A stretch of 63,132 nucleotides of DNA, counting the filler, from Welwitschia mirabilis (lineage: Eukaryota), in assembly GCA_051453625.1 (NCBI GenBank). It is 5 parts of one record of this genome, joined end to end, with 100 filler letters (N's around TTAATTAATTAA, not from the genome) between each part and the next. Parts side by side here need not be neighbours in the genome. Positions count along the whole stretch, not along the records: positions 1 to 26,923 come from JBOZIK010000001.1; positions 27,024 to 36,206 come from JBOZIK010000001.1; positions 36,307 to 43,385 come from JBOZIK010000001.1; 2 more parts are not named here. One strand, given 5' to 3'. The notes under the pieces are model-generated. The model was not told where the DNA came from. It ran no database searches and was given only the letters and a program-made list of their open reading frames with translations. The position numbers were made by a program, and so were the translations under genes. This document shows, piece after piece, positions 25,301-38,029 of the stretch (position 1 is its first letter; each line of letters starts with the position of its first letter).

Positions 25301-26787
25301 ATTTTTCCATTCATATGGTTATTTCTTTATTTACCTTTTTGGATTTAGAATTGGAATAGTTAGACATAAAAACTACCTTTTTGGATGGTGATTTGGAGGA
25401 AGAGATTTATATGAATTAGCNNNNNNNNNNNNNNNNNNNNNNNNNNNNNNNNNNNNNNNNNNNNNNNNNNNNNNNNNNNNNNNNNNNNNNNNNNNNNNNN
25501 NNNNNNNNNNNNNNNNNNNNATTTGGAGGAAGAGATTTATATGCATTAGCTTAAAGGCTTTATAAATAAGCAATGCCCTGATCTTATGTATCATTTAAAC
25601 AAAAGTCTTTATGATTTGAAACAGGCCCCAAGACAATGGTATAGGAAGTTTGATACATTTATGAAGGAATTATCATACCAAAAAAGTCAACTTAGTCATT
25701 ATATTTATTTCTCTAGAAATCTCTCAAGTAAATTTGTTATACTATTGTTGTATGTAGACGACATGTTAATTGCAGGAAATGATGAGGCTAAAATAAAATA
25801 CTTGAAGGTAGAAATGGATAAGCATTTTATAATGAAAGATTTGGGGCATGTAAAGAAGATTTTGGGAATGAGCATTCATAGAGATAGGAAATAGAAGAAG
25901 CTATGGTAAGCTAAAGTAACTATATTGGTAAAGTTCTTGAATGATTTAACATGAAAGATGAAAGGCCTATGAGTACTCTAGCTACTCACTTCCAGTTGTC
26001 TAGAAGGAACTATCCCAGCTAAAAATAAGATGTTGCAAAGGCGAGAAATCTTCCATATACCTCAGCAGTAAGCTCACTGATGTATGCTATGGTATGTACT
26101 CGTCCTGGTATTGCTTATGCAGTTGGAGTAGTTAGTAGATACATTAGCAGTTATGATTGGAATCATTAGCTTACTATAAAATGGATTCTTAGATATTTAA
26201 AGGGTATACAAATGTATTATCTATGTTTTAGCAATGAATATTTAAGCCTACAAGGCTTTATAGATGCTAATTTTGAAGCAGATTTGGATAGCAAACATTC
26301 CATCATAGGTTATGCTTTTACTTTTGGTGGAGAAGCAATTAGTTGGCTATCACATCTTCAACCAATAAGGACTTTATCCATCACAGAGGTAGAATATGTG
26401 GCTCTCATAGAAGCCTGTAAAGAAATGATTTGGTTGTGCAGGTTTCTTGATTCCCTTGGATTCAAATAGAAGAAGTATTATGTGTTTTGTGACATTCAAA
26501 GTGCCATACACTTAACAAAGAATTCAGCATTTCATGCAAGAATAAAACACATTGACATCCAATTTCATTTTGTAAGAGGAATCATTGAAAACAAGCCAGT
26601 GGATGTACAGAAAATTAATACCAAGGTAAATGTTACTGATGCACTCACAACAGTAGTGTCAATGGACAAGAGTAACTTTTGCAAAGAAAATCTTGGGGTT
26701 ACAGTGATGTGATCAAAGGGCATTTGAAATAATGCATCTATTCTGTTTTCTTGGAGGCTTACTAGATTTGTTTTCAAGGGGAATAAT

Positions 26788-26923
26788 TGTTCAAAGTGAA
26801 ACCAAATCTCTTGATCTTATTTATTCCTTTATAGTATGACTTTATATATTTTTATATAGTCTCTTTTCTTGTTGTAATTTAATATTAAAAAAAAAAAAGA
26901 AGGGAAGTCTAATAGTATCATCT
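26788..26923 (+). repeat. 3' LTR (partial) of the Tork-like copia
   Basis: Follows the PPT; direct repeat of 22163-22298. Confidence 0.9.
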
Positions 26924-26967
26924 NNNNNNNNNNNNNNNNNNNNNNNNNNNNNNNNNNNNNNNNNNNN

Positions 26968-26979
26968 TTAATTAATTAA
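26968..26979. other. Artificial scaffold linker TTAATTAATTAA
   Basis: 44 N on each side (100 total); stop codons in all six frames. Confidence 0.95.
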
Positions 26980-28329
26980 NNNNNNNNNNNNNNNNNNNNN
27001 NNNNNNNNNNNNNNNNNNNNNNNCAATTTAGAGCATAAAAATGAAGTGCATGTATATTTCATTAAACATATGCAAACATTATAAAAGTGCTCATTAATAG
27101 CACGTTAAATCCAAAATCATAAGAAAAACATCCAACAACAAAAAACTAATTCTCCCTCTTTTGACATCAATGATAAAAGAGAGAACAAAAATACATAAGC
27201 AAAACATAATTTGAAGGTTCTAATCAAATTCCTCCTCCTCTTCTTATTTTTCTTCTTCAAAGTCTTCCTTTAAATCTTCTTCATCTCTTTTCATGTGTGT
27301 TGAGTTGGTGGCTTCTGCTGAAGTATCAGTAATATCATATTCAACTACTATGAGTGCTTCCTTCATGTATCTGGTACAAGAATAAATCCATCTCAGATCT
27401 GAAAAAGTCTCATCAGGAGAAGCTTTCTTTGGAGAGGGTAACTTTGAATATTTCTTAAAGGAGATAAAGATGTGCATACAAGATAAGGTTGCACATCCAA
27501 TGGATGCNNNNNNNNNAAGGATTTTCAATTTTAAATGAAAGGTTACACAAAAATGATGGCACAAGCTTGTGATAAGCATAGAATGGGGTAATACCCTAGT
27601 ATTGTGATACTTCAACTTAGAGATCATATTCTTTAGTATAATGAAAGGAGCATCAATAAAATGCTTTTTTCCTACCAAATACATCAAATAGGCTCTATTT
27701 GTAAAGCCCCAGTTTGTTTTTGTAATTAATAAGTAAATTCCAAAAATGGGGTGTTCCTTCAGTATTTTTTAGAAAGTGTTTAGATTTATCAAAATTTAAG
27801 CTAATATTTCTATTTTCTATATTGTAGTTCATATGATTTAACTGATCAATCAAATAATATCTATTCTATAGGTATTATCTACTCATTTTNNNNNNNNNNN
27901 NNNNNNNNNNNNNNNNNNNNNNNNNNNNNNNNNNNNNNNNNNNNNNNNNNNNNNNNNNNNNNNNNNNNNNNNNNNNNNNNNNNNNNNNNGAAATCAATAT
28001 TTAAATTTATAAAATAATCTTTTTAGTCTTTAAAATTTATCATTGAAAAAATATATTAAGCACATATGATTTACAAAAGCACAAAGGATTTGAGATACCA
28101 ATTAAGTATAATTTATCTTATAAAAAAGAAGCGCATATAGATTCCATTGAATACATGCAAACATTACAAAATAAAAGTGCTTATTAAGAGCATGCTACAT
28201 CTGAAAGCATAGGAAAATATTAAACAACAAACAACTAATTCTCCTCCTTTTAACATCGATGGCAAAGTAGAAAATAAAAACACATAATTAAAACATAATT
28301 TGAATCTTTTAATTAGATTCCTCCTCCTT

Positions 28330-29270
28330 CTCTTTTTTTTCTTCAAAGTTTTACTCTAAATTTTTTTCATGTGTCTGATATGGAAATCAATTTGTCTCAG
28401 ATATGGAAGAGTCTCATCAAAATAGATTTCCTTTGAAGAGGGTAACTTTGAGGATTTCTTAAAAAGGATAAAGATGTGTATACAAGATAAAGTTGCATGC
28501 CTAATGGATGCCATAGGCTGGAGGATTTCAAGTTTTAGATGGAAGGTTACATAAAAATGATGGCATAAGTTTGTAATAAGCAAAGAGTATGGTAATGTCC
28601 TAGTCCTGTGATATTTTAACTGAGAAATCATATTCTTCAGTATAATGATAAGAGTATTAATGGAATGCTCTATTCTTATTAGATACATCAAATAGGATCT
28701 ATAGCTAAAGGCCTTATCACGTTGCCTAGCTAAAGGTAAGAAATTATAAGTGAAAATCAAGTGAAAAAAGCAGTACTTTGGTGTCAACAAATAAGTAGAA
28801 AGAGTATGCTTCCAAGAGTAAACCTTATGATAGATCTCCCTGGTAACAATAGGTTTTTCTTTCATGGTGTCTCAAAGAGGCCAAAAATCTTCATAGTCAC
28901 TTCTTGAAAAATCAGTCAGATCAGAAATAAGATTTGTGATTACTCTTAGCCACTTCCCCAAAATAAGGGTTTTGAGGGTTCTTGAATCATGATCATAAGA
29001 AGAATTATAGTAAAACATGTAAGTAATAAATGGATAAGCAGAGCCATAAACATCTAGAAATAATCAAGATCCTTATTTCTTAGGAGCTAAATGTCATCTC
29101 TGAGCTCTCTCAGCGCTGAGGCTACTACAAACCATTCTTAGCACATTAGCTTCTTCTCAAACTTCTCTGAAAACTTGTCAATATATTTTTCAAACATCCC
29201 ATGATAGAAAAGAGCAGAGTATCTTAAAAGGAGATTTCTTAGCTTTCCTTCTGGATGAGATTTTATCCAT
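28330..29270 (-). pseudogene. SIRE env-like ORF
   Basis: MDKISSRRKAKKSP start; AYPFITYMFYYN; LIFTYNFLP; LPYSLLITNLCHHF. A partial second copy lies at 27244-27700. Confidence 0.75.
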
Positions 29271-32200
29271 TTTAAGAATCCTAAAAGTAAGAAATCTAAA
29301 AGGAAAATACTAGATCTAAGAGCAAAGCTCTAGATTTGAAAGAAAAAGATCTAGATCTGAGAGATGGAAAAGACTATAATATAGAAAAATTGATTTAGGG
29401 ACCTCTTGTTTTTAATAAACAAGATGAACTAAGGTGAAATAAAGAAATAAATCAAGGCCAATGATGTACTTCTGTACTGTGATTCATCAGGTATTGTTAA
29501 CTACTTAAGATTTTGGTTGACTCATGAAGATGCAGGTCTAAAGTACAGGAAGGAGTCTAGGTGACTAGGCTTTTAAGCTAGTCGACTGACCACATCTAGT
29601 CAACTGAATCATAGATCTGATCAACCCCCTATAATCAACCAAAAAATGGTGAGTAAAGCCCCAGTTTGTTTTTGTAATTAATAAGTAAATTCCAAAAATG
29701 GGGTGTTCCTTCAGTGTTTTTTAGAAAGTATTTAGATTTATCAAAGTTTAAGCTAATATTTCTATTTTCTATATTGTAGTCCATTGATATAACTAATCAA
29801 TCAAATAATATCTATTCTATAGGTATTATCTACTCATTTTATAGTAAAGATAACAATGTTTGTTATTACATCTACAACTTTACATTTTGATTTTCCAAAA
29901 ATTACTTTGTAAGCTTTATCACACAATTGACTAATGCTCAATAAGTTATGTTTCAAACCATTCACATAGAGCATGTCATCAAGTTTAGATAACTTACCTC
30001 CTTTGATGCATCCTATACCTTTTATCTTTGGGTTTTTATTGTTTCCAAAAATGACATCTCCCCCATCAATACTCCTAAGGTGTTGAAAGTTTTATCTTTC
30101 TCTAGTTATATGCCTTGAGCATCCACTGTCTAGATATTAACTATATGTACTTTATCTTTTGAGAGCTATATGTGTTAGAAAACTTTTGATATTATTAGCT
30201 CTTACCCACTTGGTCTTATTAGACTTAGGTGGTATATTTATTTTAGGAATGAATTTAAATGGTAAAAAATTTACAGAATCTGAGAAAAGCAATAATTATT
30301 TAATTTTGCAAAATATCTTTGAATAACCAAATTTACCAAAAAAGTTACATGAAAGTTTAGAAGTATACTTACATTACCTATTTACCTATTTTTGTGAATT
30401 TTGTAAACTAAAATTACTACCTGCTCTATCTCCAGTAGGTTTCTGCACTCCAAGCATCTATTCTAATTTAGAAAAAACCACCAGAAAATTTACTTACAAA
30501 GAAGGATATATCTTTTACCTTAGATAGTAGATTAGTGTTATCAGATTTTAGCATATAGAACTTCATTTCTATTTCGTCCTTTTCTTTGGTGAGAGTATTT
30601 ACTACTCTATTTAGATTATTTATCCTTTTAGCTAGCTTTTTATGTTCATCATATAGCTCATGACATGTGTCTTCTGACTCATTCTCTTCTTCATTGACCA
30701 CGTCCAAGTCATCAGGCTCTGATGTGCTAGGTAAGTTTTTAAGGGAAGGCACGATCGCCATGAAAGATAATCTTCTGTCTCTGTATGACTCTTAATCTAA
30801 ATAGCTGTCATCATCATCATTATCATTATCCCATGTGACAATAAAAGAGGGATTCTTTATTTTCCTGTTATCTCTTCTTGTGTTGGGGCATTCATTTGCC
30901 ATATGATCAATTCCTTTGCATGAGTAGTATTAGATTTCCTTACCTTTTTCTTACTCCTTTTTATGTTTCAGATGACTTCTTTGTAAGTTTCTATTTCATT
31001 CTTCTTCCTTTATCTTTCTATATAGAAACTTCTTAAACCTTCTGGCTAGAAGAACCACTTCATCATCATCCAAGTTCTTATCTAGCCTTTCAGATCTATA
31101 GTCTTCTTGCACATATTTTAAAGTAATACCTTTCTTCTTATTCTTAATAAATTTAAGTTTATAGGTTTGCAAATTACCTTGTAGTTTTTCTAGTGCCATT
31201 GCATTTATGGTTTTNNNNNNNNNNNNNNNNNNNNNNNNNNNNNNNNNNNNNNNNNNNNNNNNNNNNNNNNNNNNNNNNNNNNNNNNNNNNNNNNNNNNNN
31301 NNNNNNNNNNNNNNCTTGAAAGTTTGATATTCCTTTAGTTATATGCCTTGAGCATTCACTATCTAGATATCAACTATTTGTACTTAATCCTTTAAAAGCT
31401 ATCTGTGTTAAAAAAACTTTTGAGATTATTAGCTGTTACCCACTTAGTCTTATTACACTTAGATGGCATACTTCTTTTAGAAATGAATTTAAATGGTAAG
31501 AAATTTACAGAATTTAAGAAAAGCATTAATTCTCTAATCTTGAAAAAAAGCTTTGAATAATAAAATTTACACAAAAGTTATATAAAAGTTTAGAAGCATA
31601 CTTACATTATTATTTTACATGTTCTTGTGAATTTTGTGAATTAAAACCAATACCTAATCTATCTCTATTAGGCTTCCACACTCTAAGCATCTGTTTTAAT
31701 GTAGAAGAATCACCATAAAATTTATTTACAAAAAAGGATAAATATTTTACCTATGACATTATATTTGTATTATTAGATTCTAGCACATTATACTTTATTT
31801 CCATTTCCTTCTTCTATTTGGTAAGAGTCTTTACAACTCTATTTAAATTATTTGTCCTTGTAGCTAGCTTTTCACATTCATCATATAGCTCCTGACATGT
31901 ATCTTCTAACTCATCCCTATTTTTATTAACCATGTTTAAATTATCAGGCCCTAATGTCCTAGGTAAGTTTTTGAGGAAGGCATAATTGCCATAAAAGATA
32001 ATATTTTGTCTTTGTCTGATTCTTGATTTGAATAGCTATCATTATCATCATCATCATCATTGTTCCATCTGGAAATAAAAGATGATTCCTTGCTTTCCTG
32101 TTATCTTTTCTTATGTTGGAATACTCATTTGTCATATGACTAAATCCTTTGCATGAGTAGCATTGGATTTCTTTACCTTTTTGTTATTTCNNNNNNNNNN

Positions 32201-33508
32201 NNNNNNNNNNNNNNNNNNNNNNNNNNNNNNNNNNNNNNNNNNNNNNNNNNNNNNNNNNNNNNNNNNNNNNNNNNNNNNNNNNNNNNNNNNNNNNNNNNNN
32301 NNNNNNNNNNNNNNNNNNNNNNNNNNNNNNNNNNNNNNNNNNNNNNNNNNNNNNNNNNNNNNNNNNNNNNNNNNNNNNNNNNNNNNNNNNNNNNNNNNNN
32401 NNNNNNNNNNNNNNNNNNNNNNNNNNNNNNNNNNNNNNNNNNNNNNNNNNNNNNNNNNNNNNNNNNNNNNNNNNNNNNNNNNNNNNNNNNNNNNNNNNNN
32501 NNNNNNNNNNNNNNNNNNNNNNNNNNNNNNNNNNNNNNNNNNNNNNNNNNNNNNNNNNNNNNNNNNNNNNNNNNNNNNNNNNNNNNNNNNNNNNNNNNNN
32601 NNNNNNNNNNNNNNNNNNNNNNNNNNNNNNNNNNNNNNNNNNNNNNNNNNNNNNNNNNNNNNNNNNNNTTTTCTCCCTATGTAGAAAAATTTTGAACCTT
32701 CTGACTAAAAGAGCCACTTCATTATTATTTAATTCCTTATCTAACATTTTAAATTTGTAGTCTTCCTGCACACATTTTAAAGTAATGCATTTCTTCTTAT
32801 CTTTAATAAATTTAAGTTCATAGGTTTGAAAATTACCTTGTATTCCTTCTAGTACCATTACTTTTATGTTTTTTCTCTCTTTGATGGCTACGAACTTTGG
32901 TTCGAATCTCTTAGGTAGAGATTTTAAAACTTTCTCTACCATCTTTTCTTTATCTAAGTATTCTCCAAGGTATGCCATAAAGTTTATGATATCAGTGAGT
33001 CTAGGAAAGAATTTCTGCGAGATCTCCTCTTCATCCATATGAATGTCTTCAAATTTTAAAATAAGCATTTAAAGTTTAGCTTGTTTTATAGTTGAGGTTT
33101 CTTCATGTGCTACTTCAAGAATGTCTCAAGCTTCTTTAGTATGATTATAGTTTACTATGTACTTAAAATCATCTGTACAGATTGCACAAAATATGGCATT
33201 AAGAGCACAAGCATCTGTGATGGCTTTTAACTTATCAGTATAGGTCTATTGATCTTGGGATTTGGAAACTAAGATAGTACTATGTTGGCATCCATTTGAG
33301 TTGACATAAGCATAGTATAACCTTTACAAATAACTTCCTCTATATTGGGATCCAAAGATTTAAAAAATATTCTCATTCTAGCTCTCTAGTAAGCATAGTT
33401 TGACTGGTTAAACATGGGTAAAGGACTAGTAAAAAAACCATTAGATGGATTACTTATTTTAGGATTCTAAAGTCTAGATCGGATGAAATCTAAATAAGAC
33501 TTAACTTA

Positions 33509-33520
33509 GCTGTGATACCA
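33509..33520 (-). promoter_or_regulatory. PBS complementary to initiator tRNA-Met
   Basis: TGGTATCACAGC (consensus TGGTATCAGAGC), 2 nt from the LTR end. Confidence 0.85.
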
Positions 33521-33587
33521 ATTAATAGGATCAAGAACTCTAGAGGGGGGGATGAATAGGTTCTTAAAAATTATAATAGAATATTAC

Positions 33588-36206
33588 TGATAGACTAAAT
33601 TTGCATTTTAAAAGTAATCAATGCTTGAAACAAGGAAATTGCAATTAGGCTTAGTATAGAGTGAATTAACCAATGAATGTCATAGTCTAGAAAGCATAAG
33701 GAAACAATCTAATCAAGCATAAAAATAAGAAAGGATGTAACTTAAATTTCAATCCAATATTTAAGTCAATTTTGTATTTTTCTCATGCAAAAATGAAAAT
33801 TAACAATGCAACTATTCTAATGTGCAATGCAAAGTATGAAAGTAAGATGAAATGCAAGCCTATGATAACCAAATTTCTAAGTTGTTATCACCTAACTTAG
33901 CCCTTATGACCTATGTCTAATTTATAATTAATCTATGAAATAGTATTATTTAAACTTCAACATAAATCATAAGAGAAATCATAAGATTTGAAGAAGAAGA
34001 AAGACATTTTATTAAAGCAATGGAATGTCTTACAATACCTCAGCAAGGTAGTGGCTCCTTAATGTCAAAAACATAGCCTTCACATCAAGAACNNNNNNNN
34101 NNNNNNNNNNNNNNNNNNNNNNNNNNNNNNNNNNNNNNNNNNNNNNNNNNNNNNNNNNNNNNNNNNNNNNNNNNNNNNNNNNNNNNNNNNNNNNNNNNNN
34201 NNNNNNNNNNNNNNNNNNNNNNNNNNNNNNNNNNNNNNNNNNNNNNNNNNNNNNNNNNNNNNNNNNNNNNNNNNNNNNNNNNNNNNNNNNNNNNNNNNNN
34301 NNNNNNNNNNNNNNNNNNNNNNNNNNNNNNNNNNNNNNNNNNNNNNNNNNNNNNNNNNNNNNNNNNNNNNNNNNNNNNNNNNNNNNNNNNNNNNNNNNNN
34401 NNNNNNNNNNNNNNNNNNNNNNNNNNNNNNNNNNNNNNNNNNNNNNNNNNNNNNNNNNNNNNNNNNNNNNNNNNNNNNNNNNNNNNNNNNNNNNNNNNNN
34501 NNNNNNNNNNNNNNNNNNNNNNNNNNNNNNNNNNNNNNNNNNNNNNNNNNNNNNNNNNNNNNNNNNNNNNNNNNNNNNNNNNNNNNNNNNNNNNNNNNNN
34601 NNNNNNNNNNNNNNNNNNNNNNNNNNNNNNNNNNNNNNNNNNNNNNNNNNNNNNNNNNNNNNNNNNNNNNNNNNNNNNNNNNNNNNNNNNNNNNNNNNNN
34701 NNNNNNNNNNNNNNNNNNNNNNNNNNNNNNNNNNNNNNNNNNNNNNNNNNNNNNNNNNNNNNNNNNNNNNNNNNNNNNNNNNNNNNNNNNNNNNNNNNNA
34801 GAAAGACATTTTATTAAATCAATGGAATGTCTTACAATACCTCAGTAGGGTAGTGGCTCCTCAATGTCAGAAACATAGCCTTCACATCAAGAACGATATC
34901 TCTTATGCTAAAATGGACCCTTAACTCCTTAGATGCTTTTGTCACCAATTCTCCAATGCCAAAAATATGACAAAATAAAGCCAAATGGAGGTTTTTATAG
35001 CTTTTCTAAGGTGGTTATAGGTCAGGGAGGTCGGTATAAGTAAAGAGGCATCATTAAGAAAAAACTAGACCTTAATTGACTCAGTTAGAAAGAAGTTATG
35101 ACACAGTTATATTATTGTCGTCATGGGCATAATAGAGGGCCTGATACCCCTTCATTAGCTAATCATAACCTGCCACATCAGAATCCTATTAGTATTCGAA
35201 TTTGAAAACTAATGGCTATGTCATATCCTATATCATGAGGATGACATATGCCATAATAGCCATATCAGCAAGCCACGTCAGCCTCGTCAAGTTAGTCTAA
35301 GCCAGCCTTCTTTGAATTCCATTATTCATGTGGTCATGCCCTATGTCATAAGGATAATAGAGGGGATGATAATCATTTTGTTGGTCTTTTCCTTTACTTT
35401 TTGATCCACTTTATTCCTTGGTTGAATTCTTGCTTTTGTAGATGAAAATATAACATTTAATATCATAATTAGAATGTTAGATTAGTTCATGATAAAATAA
35501 ATGACTAAATTGAGTTTCTATTCCATACAAAACCCTGCCAATTACACTATTAAAACATGATAATTTGAGATCTCAACACAGTTCCCCATCTAGCATTTTA
35601 TCAGTTTCTTGACAAACAAAGAAAAAGAGGACTTTGTGATGCCAAAATATCAAGGAAGAAAAACCTCAAAATTCAATAAAAAATTACATTGCATTTCTAG
35701 ATAAACTAGTAATTTAATATAAAATAAAGTCATCATCATTACATAATTATCGATTACCAGTTTCAAAAAAAAAAAAAAACAATGTGCCTAAATATAATGA
35801 TATGAAAAAAACATAGTTTTTATAAGACTCAGAACTACATCAATGATCATGGGTCCATGTGTAGAGAGAATTGAAACTCAACATCCATGTCAGTATCTCC
35901 CTTATTACCTATCTCCACATGTGGCTCAATGATAGGCTTCTCAATATCTAGAAAGAAATGGATGATGTACTCATGTAAGCTGGATGTGGTCGCATCATAA
36001 TGGACACGAACTACCTCAGGGATGCCTACTGAAGTATCCTGCTGAATATCAATCACCCTCTCTAAGGTAGCTCGACTCTGCTCTAAGGTAGCTTGACTCT
36101 ATTCTTCTACAGTGCAGGCACATGCCTCCAATTGATCAAGTCGTGAATATATCTTCTACTCCATCCCTCTTAATAATGTAGTGATTTGACCTAGGGTGAT
36201 GCTTCC
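33588..36206 (-). mobile_element. Athila-like element D: 3' LTR (~33588-35578), PPT, C-terminus of accessory ORF; apparently inserted in the SIRE LTR
   Basis: aatgctagatggggaac followed by TGTTGAGA; ctataaaaa at ~34995; tagtataga...aatgtcata...gcataag shared with the C and E LTRs; coiled-coil-like EQS(Q/R)ATLE repeat at ~36060-36105. Left boundary approximate. Confidence 0.7.
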
Positions 36207-36250
36207 NNNNNNNNNNNNNNNNNNNNNNNNNNNNNNNNNNNNNNNNNNNN

Positions 36251-36262
36251 TTAATTAATTAA
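36251..36262. other. Artificial scaffold linker TTAATTAATTAA
   Basis: N44-linker-N44. Confidence 0.95.
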
Positions 36263-36306
36263 NNNNNNNNNNNNNNNNNNNNNNNNNNNNNNNNNNNNNN
36301 NNNNNN

Positions 36307-36830
36307 TCATTATGCTTTAGTCCATAATCATGAAAAAATATTTCCTATTGGAATTTGATAAATTTTATGACCTATATGAAATATTTACATAATTTGCATA
36401 CATCCCTAGAAAACCTATCAATAAGACATGAAAATGTGCTTCACAAGTGTATTAAATAGGTTAATTTAGCTTCAAAACAAGCAAAAAATTCAAGAATGAG
36501 ACTACAAGCTGAGGAAATTACAAATCCAAAACATACACCTTAAAGTTGTAAAGCAAAAATCCCTCTAGCTTTTAAAATAAAAAGAGAAGAGTCAAAGCAA
36601 CTAAATATTTCTTTACAAGGTAGAGGCAGAGGCAAAAAAGTAGTTACTCCAAAGTAGACAGGCACAAAAACCATAGAGTTAAATGATCCTAATTTTTAGG
36701 AGGAATAGAGGAGGATCTTAACAATCTTAGAGTAAGAAAAATGATTTGTCAAATTAGCCAAGAAATTAGTGGAATTGGAGTCTAGTAAAAAGAACCCTTT
36801 TATTATCAAACAGAAAAAGGAAAAATGATG
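36307..36830 (+). pseudogene. C-terminus of the family-B env-like ORF
   Basis: GRGRGKKVVTPK*TGTKTIELNDPNF matches RGKG*GRKVALEW*ET*VIDLNDPTL at ~6600-6690 (minus). Confidence 0.65.
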
Positions 36831-36896
36831 AATCTTTATTTTTATTTCTTTTAAATGTTTATTAAGGGAATAACAAAACCTTAGACTTGGAAAAAC

Positions 36897-37851
36897 TGAT
36901 GACAACTAATTTTGATGTAAATTTTACTTAGTAATGATTTTTTAATTTTTATAATTATATATTTTAGATAGTAATACAACTTTTTTTCTTTATAAATAAA
37001 GTTAATATACTCACCAATTAATATATTAGTTAGTTAGTACATTAGTATATTAGTATATATTTTATGTTATTTAGTTTTAAGTACAAATTACCATTTGGTA
37101 CAAGGATGAAAGAGAAGGCTGAAATAGCAGAAAAGCAGTAACAACCATAATTATAGTTCTATTCCTAAGGAGCAAAGGAAGGAAATAGCAAAACTGAAAG
37201 GGGTCTAAGGAAGAAATCATCAACAAAGGTGGGGATCCATATTGCAAATATCTCTAGTAATAGGACTCAATAAGAAGATGAAGAGGGAAGCTTCAGGCAT
37301 CCTGAAAAAGGTACAACAACATTTCTAATACTCCAAGTATTACCTACGAATCAAAACACAAGTTCATTAGTACATCTTTGTGTAAGGTTTTGGTATTTCA
37401 ATATAAGGATAAAAAGCTAACGTTTTTAAAATCCTTTTGTGTATTTCTATTACTTGAAAAATTAATATTATTTCCATTTACTCTAGTTTGTGTAGTGGAA
37501 CAGAAACTAGAATACTTAACAGTACTTAGAAATAAGTATTGTTTAGCATTTTGTCTAATGTATAATCATGTTTTTTCTAGTTAATTTATTCTCCCATATT
37601 GTAATATATGTAAATAGCACACTTTATCATCACATAAATCAACCTGACTAATTCAAGTAACTTCATCATGATATTATTATAATGATACATTTTGAACTAA
37701 ATGGTTAAATGTCAACTAGATTTTTGGTAATTTTTTGATTTTTATTTAATGGTTTAAGCTTGTTTTAGGTTAAAAAATTATAGTTTCTACATTTTTCCAG
37801 TATATCTTCTTAATATTTTTAACATTTATTTCATCATATAGGCCTTCATCA
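36897..37851 (+). repeat. Complete family-B LTR (955 bp), preceded by a PPT and followed by a PBS
   Basis: TGATGA...TCATCA perfect 6-bp inverted termini; upstream aaccttagacttggaaaaac; downstream ttttgatgttagaagga (decayed TGGCGCTAGAAGGA). Confidence 0.88.
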
Positions 37852-38029
37852 TTTTGATGTTAGAAGGATGACTATCTGAAAGCCAACTAGTAGAGATGAT
37901 GAGAACTTAATTCAATAAGATAGCTAAGGAAAATGATGAGATGAAAAAGGTAGGTATGTTAGAGACCCTAAAAATATGGTCTTGATGAGTGGAATATAAA
38001 TAACGTTAAATTAGAAATAGAAGAGGATA

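Larger units (their letters stand above)
22163..26923 (+). mobile_element. Ty1/copia element (Tork/Tnt1-like), near full-length, degenerate
   Basis: Paired LTR starts at 22163 and 26788; domain order gag, PR (WLINIGASFHI ~23548), WHRGLGH, INT (LELIYFDVCEP ~24107), RT (ARLVVKGFAQ, LKQAPRQW, LLLYVDDMLI), RNase H (KHIDIQFHFVR), stop at 26712; PPT aagggga at 26776. Confidence 0.95.
27024..33587 (-). mobile_element. Sirevirus (SIRE) copia, non-autonomous: gag-PR (duplicated), env-like ORF (duplicated), no INT/RT/RH
   Basis: LTR end attcatcccccctctag; PBS tggtatcacagc (33509-33520); gag FNQSNYAY*RARMRIF and EKVLKSLPKRFEPKFVAIKE; zinc knuckles ~32120-32165 and ~30880-30935; PR YLDSGCSRH (~30110-30140, ~31340-31370); SIRE-type PPTs aaaag(a/g)gggagaa at ~27150 and ~28240. 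Confidence 0.9.
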
